NCBI GenBank assembly: GCA_031372565.1 | Contig: JANMLN010000057.1 | Span: forward strand, 15,025-79,024 | Direction: 5' to 3' | Length of the DNA stretch: 64,000 bases | DNA from: Gemmatimonadota bacterium | Lineage (GTDB): Bacteria > Gemmatimonadota > Gemmatimonadetes > Gemmatimonadales > Gemmatimonadaceae | Shown here: positions 57,116 to 64,000 of the stretch, piece after piece | Position numbering within the stretch: position 1 is the stretch's first letter | How the letters are laid out: every line of letters starts with the position of its first letter | The notes under the pieces: generated by a model | What the model saw: the letters and a program-made list of their open reading frames with translations, nothing else | The model's database searches: none | What the model was told of the DNA's origin: nothing | Translations under genes and position numbers: made by a program

Positions 57116-59572
57116 ATGGTTTCCGTTCTCACCCTGCTGTTCGCTGCGTCGCTTCAGGCCACTCCGACCGAGCCGGGAACCGGAGCGCGACGCGTTCGGC
57201 CGGTCTTGGTGCTGCCCGATGCGATCCTTGACGACACCGCCGCCTATGACGGCTACCGGACCCGCTTTCATCGGGACGTCGCTGGGAACGTCGTGCAGAC
57301 GTACGAGGACCGGCGCGCCGACCGCGTCGTCTTCGTCTGGGGTGACGCGGAAAACGAGAGCCTCGGCTTCACCGCGCACGATGCCAGCGGGCAGCCCGCC
57401 GCACTCACCTGTGGGGCATGCGAGGCAACCATCGGTCGCCACGGCCGCGCCCGCACGCTCACGGTCCGGTACTCCGCACCCGGACCCGTCACCCTTGGAT
57501 GGTTCCTCCTCGGGTCGATGCGCCTGGAGCGCGACGTCCAGTACTGGGGCCTCGCGCGTCGTCCGTTCGGCTCGGCCACGTACACGGTCGCCGAGGTTGA
57601 CACGCTCGTGCGACGCCTGGCCACGCTCGACGCGCCGGCGCGCGCGCCCTTCGTGGCGGCCCTGGGCGCCGCCGACGTCCGGACACTCACCGCGCGCCTC
57701 AATCCATCCTACGTCGCCACGTCGACGCCGGGACGTTGGCGCCTGCGGGTCGTCCAGCCCTCGCTGGACGGACGCGATACGCTGACGCTCACCGTCTCCG
57801 TCGCCACGCGTGACCTGCGTGCGGAGCTCTCGGGCGACCATGTGCGCATCCGACCCGCGACCACCGAGCGCGCATCGGCCGTGACCTTCGATGTGACCAT
57901 CGAGACGACCACGGCCCCGCTCACACCGCTGGCCCGCAGCGAACTCTTCACCCCCGCGTTCCTCGCCTGGGCGGAGCAGAAGCAGCGCACGTCCCCCCAG
58001 CGTCTGGCGCGCCGCTTGGCGCGCGACATCACGAGCGTCGAGCTGCTGGCCTCCCGCGAGAAGCTCTTCGCCGGGCTGCCCACCTACGCGACCTACTTCG
58101 GACGCGATCTGCTCGTGTCCACCCTCATGATGCAGGGGGTCTGGCAGCCAACGGTGACTGAAGCCGTCATGGGGGCCGTGCTGCGCAAGTTGTCCCCCCG
58201 GGGCGAGGTGAGCCACGAGGAAGGCTTGGGCGCCCAAGCGACGCGCGAGGCTGCGGCCGAGGCGGTCGGATTGCTCGATCGGGCGGCATCGGCGGCGCGC
58301 GCGGGAGACGGTCGGGCCGCCGACACGCTGCGTGCTGAGGCGTTGGGGGTCATCCGCACGCAGCGCGCGACGCGCGAGGCCTATCACATGATCGACGACG
58401 AGTTCCAGTTGCCCGTGCTCGCCGCACGGTGGCTCGCCGATCCGACCGTGTCGGCCGCACGTCAACGCGCCTACCTCTCGGCGCGCGTGAGCAACGGACC
58501 GAACCGCGCCGCACTGCTCGTGCGCGAACTCGCGGTGGTGGCGCAGCGTACGGCGGCATACGCCGCGGTCCCGGCGGCGAGTACGCTGGTGTCGTTCGCC
58601 CCGCGCGATACCGGGTGGGGCGCGGCCAGTTGGCGCGACAGCGGCGCTGGATACGCCGGCGGCCGCTACGCGATGGACGTCAACGCCATCTGGGCCCCGG
58701 CCGCGCTCGCCGACCTCGGACGCATCCTCGCCTCACTGCAGCGGCTCGGCTTCGCCGTGGAGGAGCTCGTGGCGGACGCCACCCGCGCGGTGGGGGACAC
58801 GACGCTCGCACGGTACCTGCATCAACCGGCCGCGCTCGCAGCCGCTGTGGCGACCTGGCGCGGCGCCTCGCGCTGGTTCGTCGTTACGCAGGACTCGGGC
58901 CTGGCGGCGCGTGGCGTCGGCGCTCGCCTCGCGGCGATGTCACCCGAGGAGCGCGCCGTGTTCGCCCCATCCGCCACCGGACCCGCCGTGCCGTTCCTTG
59001 CCGTCGCGTTGGATGCGGGGGGGCGCGCGATTCCCGTGATGAACACCGACGCCTCCACGCGGCTCTTCCTGGCGCACAGCGACACCGCGCAGGCCGCGCT
59101 GACCACGCCGGCGGAGGATGCCCGCGACCTGACGGTGTTCACCACGCACTACCCGCGCGGGTTGCTCGTGCCGGGGATCGGGCCCGTGGTGGCGAATGAC
59201 GCCTGGTCCTCGCCCGGCATCTGGGAATGGTTCGTGCGCGACCCGTACCATGGGCCGCGCGTCGTATGGGGTCGGGAGGTCAACCTGTTCGTGCTCGGGG
59301 TCGCGGCCCGGCTTCGAGCGGCCCCCGAGGCCGCGGACGCCCCGCGCTGGCGTTCGGCGCTCGAGGTGGTCCGGCGTGAGGCCGAGGCCTCAGGCTTCCA
59401 TGCCGAGCTCTGGAGCTACGCCCTGGCAGGCGGGCGGGCGGTGCCGCGCCGATACGGGAGCGGAGGCGACCTGCAGCTGTGGAGCACCACCGAGTTGGCC
59501 GTGCAATACGCACTCTCACGCCTTGAACGACCGGCCCCCGGTCGCCGCGGCGCCCGTCGAACACCTCCGTGA
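57116..59572 (+). CDS. Secreted protein with a probable (alpha/alpha)6 glycosidase / debranching-like domain
   Basis: Signal peptide; TYFGRD, VSHEE, MIDD, SWRDS, RYAMDVNA, YHG..VWG.E, ELWS motifs. Confidence 0.65.
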   Translation: MVSVLTLLFAASLQATPTEPGTGARRVRPVLVLPDAILDDTAAYDGYRTRFHRDVAGNVVQTYEDRRADRVVFVWGDAENESLGFTAHDASGQPAALTCGACEATIGRHGRARTLTVRYSAPGPVTLGWFLLGSMRLERDVQYWGLARRPFGSATYTVAEVDTLVRRLATLDAPARAPFVAALGAADVRTLTARLNPSYVATSTPGRWRLRVVQPSLDGRDTLTLTVSVATRDLRAELSGDHVRIRPATTERASAVTFDVTIETTTAPLTPLARSELFTPAFLAWAEQKQRTSPQRLARRLARDITSVELLASREKLFAGLPTYATYFGRDLLVSTLMMQGVWQPTVTEAVMGAVLRKLSPRGEVSHEEGLGAQATREAAAEAVGLLDRAASAARAGDGRAADTLRAEALGVIRTQRATREAYHMIDDEFQLPVLAARWLADPTVSAARQRAYLSARVSNGPNRAALLVRELAVVAQRTAAYAAVPAASTLVSFAPRDTGWGAASWRDSGAGYAGGRYAMDVNAIWAPAALADLGRILASLQRLGFAVEELVADATRAVGDTTLARYLHQPAALAAAVATWRGASRWFVVTQDSGLAARGVGARLAAMSPEERAVFAPSATGPAVPFLAVALDAGGRAIPVMNTDASTRLFLAHSDTAQAALTTPAEDARDLTVFTTHYPRGLLVPGIGPVVANDAWSSPGIWEWFVRDPYHGPRVVWGREVNLFVLGVAARLRAAPEAADAPRWRSALEVVRREAEASGFHAELWSYALAGGRAVPRRYGSGGDLQLWSTTELAVQYALSRLERPAPGRRGARRTPP

Positions 59573-59575
59573 TGT

Positions 59576-59618
59576 GCGCGCGCGCGCGGGGGCGCTATAC
59601 GCCCCCGCCGGTGCGCGC
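59576..59618. terminator. Bidirectional terminator-like hairpin between convergent genes
   Basis: GCGGGGGCG-CTATA-CGCCCCCGC perfect 9-bp core with GCGCGC extensions. Confidence 0.6.
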
Positions 59619-59624
59619 GGCGAC

Positions 59625-61421
59625 CTACCCGCGGACTGCCCCCGCGCGCTCTGCGCGCACGACGCAACCACCAAGCACGGGCGCGCCGAGCGCCGCGACC
59701 GGCACGGCCACGTCGGTCGGTATCGGTCCGTTGTTGAGCAGCACCACGGTGGCACCGCGACGATACGCGAGGACGCTGTCGGTCTCGACCAGCATCTGCA
59801 TGGGCGACGTCGCGAGTCCGGGGCGTTCGCGACGCAGGTGCAGCAGCGCGCGAACGTGGTCGAAGACTGCGCGCTCGGCCGCGGTGCGACCAGCGGCCGT
59901 GAAGGCATCGCGCGCATCGCTGGTCCAGCCGCCGGGAAAGTCGCGTCGGTTGTCGGGATCGTCGCCCCCTGGGAGCGCGATCTCGTCGCCGTAGTAGACG
60001 AGCGGCGTGCCACGCGCGGTGAGCAGGAAGGTGAAGGCGAGCTGCAGCCCCTCGGTCGTCGCCCCCCGCTCGTGCATGAAGCGCGGCACGTCGTGCAGAC
60101 CGAGGAAGGTGACGAGCTGGTTCGGGGCATCGTACAGGTGGTCGCGCCCGATCATGCGCGTCAGTTCCGCCAGCGAGTTGCCATTGGCGAACGCCTTGCG
60201 CAGCGCATAGAACAGGGGAAAGTCGAAGAGCGCATCCACACGGGCGCTGACGCCGTCGGAGCGCGGTCGCGATCCCTCGAAGAAGGCGAGGACGCTCGGA
60301 TCGCCGTCCCACACCTCGCCAACAACGCGCATGCCGGGATACTCGCGCTTGATGGCGGTCATCCAGTCGCGCCAGAAGGTACGCGGCACGTATGGCCAGG
60401 TGTCCTGGCGGATGGCGTCAATGCCGCTCATGGCGGTCCACCAGAGCGTGTTCTGGATCAGGTAGCGCGCGACCTCGGGGTCGTCCTGATTGAGGTCGGG
60501 GAGCACATTCGCGAACCAGCCCTTGAGCGTGGTCGCACGGATCTCGTCGGTCGCGTGCGGGTCGGCGATCGTCCAGACCTGCCAGTTGTTGTTCAGGTGG
60601 CGCGCGACGGTCCCGTTGAACCAGGTCGGGGTCGGCGGGTCGGCGACCCAAGGGTGGTCGGGCCCGACATGGTTGGCGACCATGTCGAGGATGATCTTGA
60701 GGCCGAGCGTGTGGGCCTCGTCCACGAGGGCCTTGAAGCCCGGCAGGTCGCCGAAGCGCTCCTCGAGGGCATAGAGGTCGGTGGCGCCGTAGCCGTGATA
60801 ATCGGTCACGGGGTTGCCGCCGATGGCCTGTTTCACATTCGGCGTGTTCATGTTCTCATAGAGCGGCGTCACCCAGATGGCGGTGATGCCGAGCTCCTTG
60901 AGATACGGGAGGCGATGGCGAAGCCCCGCGAGGTCGCCGCCGTGGTAGTAGCGTCCCTTGACGCGGTCCAGCAGGCCCGCCGAGATCGCCGGGTCGTCGT
61001 TGCCCGGGTCGCCATTGGCGAACCGGTCGACGATGGCCAGATACATCGCATCGTTGGGGGAGAAGCCCTGAAAGCGCCCCGCGCGCGTGAGTGGCGCGTC
61101 GATGCGCCATGTCGCGCGGGCCGTGCCGCCTGCGGTGCGGAGCTCGATGGGCTGTGGGCCAGCCGCAAGGGTACGCGGAATCGTGACATCCACGAAGGCT
61201 GCGGTGCCCGCGGCGTTCACTTTCGGCGTCCCGCATCGCACGGCGGCGCACCGCATGGTCGCCCCCGTGAGGTGCGTGCCGCGCACCAGCACGCGCACCG
61301 GGTTGATCGAGTGGCCCGTCCACCAGTTGGGCGGCTCGAGGCGCGCGATGTTCGGGGCCTGGGCGGCGAGTGCGCTCGGCGCGAGGAGCAGCGCGGCGAG
61401 CAGTGACCGGCGGCGGGTCAG
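59625..61421 (-). CDS. GH13 cyclomaltodextrinase/neopullulanase (SusA-like), secreted; CTG start inferred
   Basis: RLEPPNWW.G N-domain, DRFANGDPGND, YHGGDL.G, YHGY, DMVANH, DAIRQDT, VGEV, LHD. Confidence 0.9.
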   Translation of the reverse strand: MTRRRSLLAALLLAPSALAAQAPNIARLEPPNWWTGHSINPVRVLVRGTHLTGATMRCAAVRCGTPKVNAAGTAAFVDVTIPRTLAAGPQPIELRTAGGTARATWRIDAPLTRAGRFQGFSPNDAMYLAIVDRFANGDPGNDDPAISAGLLDRVKGRYYHGGDLAGLRHRLPYLKELGITAIWVTPLYENMNTPNVKQAIGGNPVTDYHGYGATDLYALEERFGDLPGFKALVDEAHTLGLKIILDMVANHVGPDHPWVADPPTPTWFNGTVARHLNNNWQVWTIADPHATDEIRATTLKGWFANVLPDLNQDDPEVARYLIQNTLWWTAMSGIDAIRQDTWPYVPRTFWRDWMTAIKREYPGMRVVGEVWDGDPSVLAFFEGSRPRSDGVSARVDALFDFPLFYALRKAFANGNSLAELTRMIGRDHLYDAPNQLVTFLGLHDVPRFMHERGATTEGLQLAFTFLLTARGTPLVYYGDEIALPGGDDPDNRRDFPGGWTSDARDAFTAAGRTAAERAVFDHVRALLHLRRERPGLATSPMQMLVETDSVLAYRRGATVVLLNNGPIPTDVAVPVAALGAPVLGGCVVRAERAGAVRG

Positions 61422-62731
61422 GTGGCCTCCTCCGCCGTGTCGGTCACGCGCATGACCAACGCGGCCGCAATGATCATGAACACGCCCCCCGCGATCACCG
61501 CCGCGAGCCGGTTGTTGTCGAGCAGGTGCGTCATCACCCAGCCGAAGCCCAGCGACGCCACGATCTCGGGAATCACGATGAAGAAGTTGAAGATTCCCAT
61601 GTACACGCCAATCTTCCCCTCCGGCAGCGAGCCCGCGAGGATCGAATACGGCATCGACAGGATGCTCGCCCACGCGATGCCGACGCCGGCCATCGACAGC
61701 AGCAACCAGTTGGGCTCGTGGATCACCGCGAGCGAGAGCAACCCGGCCGCCCCGCAGAGCAGGCAGATCGCGTGTGTCGCCTTGCGGCCGAACCTGCGCG
61801 CGAGCACAGGCAGGAAGAACGAGAAGAGAAAGCATACGGCCGAGTACGCGCCGAAGCAGAGGCCGGCCCATTCGACCCCCTGCTGGTACAGCGGCGAGTT
61901 CTGGTCAGGCGCGCCAAACACGTTCCGCGCCACCGCCACCGGGAAGTAGAGCCACATGCAGAAGAGGCCGAGCCAGGTCGCCATCTGCACCCAGGCCAGC
62001 TGCTTCATCGTCTGCGGCATCTCCTTTGCCGCCTGAAAGATCTCGCGCGCGCCGGCGATCGGCCCCTTGCTCGCCTTGTTGGCCGCGCGGAAGGCGACCA
62101 TGTCGGCGGGCGGCACTTCGCGCGGTGGCATCAGTACGGTGTACATGACCGCGGTGAAGAAAGCAGCGGCACCGATGTAGAACGAGTAGCGCACCGTGGT
62201 GGGAATGGTCCCGGGCCCGCCCGCCGCCACACCGAACCAGTTGGTCAGCATCCACGGCATGGCCGACGCGGTCACCGCCCCGAGACCGATGAAGAAGCTC
62301 TGCATCGCAAAGCCGCGCGTGCGCTGCGACGGCGGCAGCACGTCGGCCACGAAGGCGCGGAACGGCTCCATCGAGATGTTGATGCTCGTGTCGAGCACCC
62401 ACAGCAGCGACGCGGCCATCAACAGCCCGGTGGACTGCGGCATGGCAATGAGCGCCAGCGAGCTGAGGATCGCGCCCGTGAGGAAGTACGGGCGACGACG
62501 CCCCAGCCGCGGCGACCAGGTGTGATCGCTCAGGTGCCCGATGATCGGCTGCACGATGAGCCCGGTGAGCGGCGCAGCAAGCCAGAGCATCGGAATCTGG
62601 TCGGCGCTCGCGCCCATGTATTCGTAGATCGCACTCATGTTGGCCATCTGGAGCGCCCAGCCGAACTGGATCCCCAGGAAGCCGAAGTTCATGTTCCAGA
62701 CGGTCAGGAACCGGACGGGTTTTTCAGTCAT
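61418..62731 (-). CDS. MFS maltose-type transporter (SLC45/MalT-like), second paralog
   Basis: [64 protein letters not shown]. Confidence 0.93.
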   Translation of the reverse strand: MTEKPVRFLTVWNMNFGFLGIQFGWALQMANMSAIYEYMGASADQIPMLWLAAPLTGLIVQPIIGHLSDHTWSPRLGRRRPYFLTGAILSSLALIAMPQSTGLLMAASLLWVLDTSINISMEPFRAFVADVLPPSQRTRGFAMQSFFIGLGAVTASAMPWMLTNWFGVAAGGPGTIPTTVRYSFYIGAAAFFTAVMYTVLMPPREVPPADMVAFRAANKASKGPIAGAREIFQAAKEMPQTMKQLAWVQMATWLGLFCMWLYFPVAVARNVFGAPDQNSPLYQQGVEWAGLCFGAYSAVCFLFSFFLPVLARRFGRKATHAICLLCGAAGLLSLAVIHEPNWLLLSMAGVGIAWASILSMPYSILAGSLPEGKIGVYMGIFNFFIVIPEIVASLGFGWVMTHLLDNNRLAAVIAGGVFMIIAAALVMRVTDTAEEAT

Positions 62732-64000
62732 CACCGTTGGGGCCGACGTGCGTAAGTGTCCACCAGACCATTCAGTCGCGTCGTGATGTCCGGAGTGACC
62801 TGCTCCCACCGGAACCGGAACTGCCAGTTGCCGCCGGGCCGTCCCGGCAGGTTCATGCGGGCCTCGCTGCCGAGACCGAGGATGTCCTGCATCGGGATGA
62901 GCACGATGCGCGAGACGGTCGCGAGTGCGGTGCGGATCATCGTCCAATGCATCTCGCGTCCATCGGTGTCGAGATAGCGCATCGCATACGCCTTCTCCTT
63001 GCTCACTTGCTCGGCGGATCGCGTCGAGTCGCCCTCACCGGTGGAACTCCACCACCCCACGGTCGTGTCGTTGTCGTGCGTCCCCGTGTACAGCACGCGG
63101 TCGCGCGTCAGGTTGTGCGGCGTGAAGTCGCCGGCCTGGTCGTCGTTGCCGAAGGCGAACTGCAGGATGGCCATGCCGGGATAGCCCAGCCCTTCACGGA
63201 GTGCGGTGACCCCCGGCGTGATGAGCCCGAGATCCTCCGCCAGAATCGGCAGCGGGCCCAGCGCGGCGGTCATGGCATCAAACAGTGCGCGCCCCGGACC
63301 CGGTACCCACCGTCCATCGATCGCCGTGGTCGCATCGCCCGCCACTTCCCAGTACGCCTCGAAGCCGCGAAAGTGGTCGAGCCGGACGCTGTCGAACATG
63401 GCGAGGGCCGCGCGCATCCGCGCGATCCACCACGCGTATCCCGACGCGCGCATCGCGTCCCAATTGTAGATCGGGTTGCCCCAGAGCTGTCCGGTTGCGC
63501 TGAAGTAGTCGGGAGGCACGCCGGCCTGCACCCGCGGCAGACCGTTGCGCGCGAGTTCGAAGAGCCCGGGGTTCGCCCAGACGTCGGCCGAGTCGTGCGC
63601 GACGTAGATGGGCAGGTCACCCATGAATTGGATGCCACGCGCGCGTGCGGCGGCCTGCAGCTGCGCGTACTGCGTGAAGAAGAGCCATTGCTCGAACTGC
63701 ACGCGTTCGATGGCGTCGGCGAGCTTCGCTCGCCATGTCGCCATGGCCCGTGGCTCACGGCGCGCAATCTCGGCGGGCCACTCGGTCCACGAGACACCGC
63801 CATGCGCCCCCTTGAGCGCCATGAAGAGCGCGAAATCCGGGAGCCATGCACGCGATGCCGCGACGAACGCCTCGTAGGCGGGATCGGGGGACCGCGCGCG
63901 AAAGGCCGCCTCGAGCAGCGCACGCTTGTGCGGGATCACGCGTTCGAAGTCGACGCGGTCTGCCGGCAGGTCGGCACCCGCGCCGGGCACGCTGATCAGC
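62731..64000 (-). CDS. malQ: 4-alpha-glucanotransferase (amylomaltase, GH77), 5'-truncated by the window
   Basis: GDLPIYV..DSADVW, AGVPPDYFSATGQLWGNP.Y, RLDHFRGF, AEDLG, YTGTHDNDT, RMNLPG...GNW. Confidence 0.97.
   Translation of the reverse strand, partial: LISVPGAGADLPADRVDFERVIPHKRALLEAAFRARSPDPAYEAFVAASRAWLPDFALFMALKGAHGGVSWTEWPAEIARREPRAMATWRAKLADAIERVQFEQWLFFTQYAQLQAAARARGIQFMGDLPIYVAHDSADVWANPGLFELARNGLPRVQAGVPPDYFSATGQLWGNPIYNWDAMRASGYAWWIARMRAALAMFDSVRLDHFRGFEAYWEVAGDATTAIDGRWVPGPGRALFDAMTAALGPLPILAEDLGLITPGVTALREGLGYPGMAILQFAFGNDDQAGDFTPHNLTRDRVLYTGTHDNDTTVGWWSSTGEGDSTRSAEQVSKEKAYAMRYLDTDGREMHWTMIRTALATVSRIVLIPMQDILGLGSEARMNLPGRPGGNWQFRFRWEQVTPDITTRLNGLVDTYARRPQR

Noticed and set aside
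59574..59588. Alternating (CG)n tract with Z-DNA potential
   Set aside because: Short, expected at this GC content, and explained as the arm of a terminator hairpin

Overview
High-GC bacterial DNA, very likely from a phototrophic member of Gemmatimonadota, judged from the puf peptides, the gene order and the SusC/SusD pair. There are three blocks. (1) 1.4-16.6 kb: one half of a split anoxygenic photosynthesis gene cluster, puhE-bchD-bchI (minus) / crtF-bchCXYZ (plus) / bchO (minus) / pufB-pufA(outer ring)-pufA(LH1)-pufLMC (plus), with PpsR-type boxes. Two antenna genes missing from the ORF track were read by hand and point to a double-ring antenna with a divergent outer-ring alpha chain. (2) 16.7-22.9 kb: a tightly coupled five-gene operon made of a TerY-phosphorylation triad (VWA, PP2C, atypical Ser/Thr kinase) plus two tandem paralogous single-pass membrane proteins of unknown function. 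This is the best candidate for an undescribed signalling or defence system. (3) 23-64 kb: a carbohydrate-utilisation super-locus of at least 41 kb. It holds GH97, two GH13, GH77, GH32, GH1, GH30, GH37, a GH100-like and an unclassified GH-like protein, a 3-keto-glycoside module, three MFS carriers, SusC/SusD, and an ASPIC/UnbV-vanadium haloperoxidase-ASPIC/UnbV lipoprotein trio. No rRNA, tRNA, CRISPR array or mobile element was recognised. All calls come from motif recognition by eye, and no database search was run.
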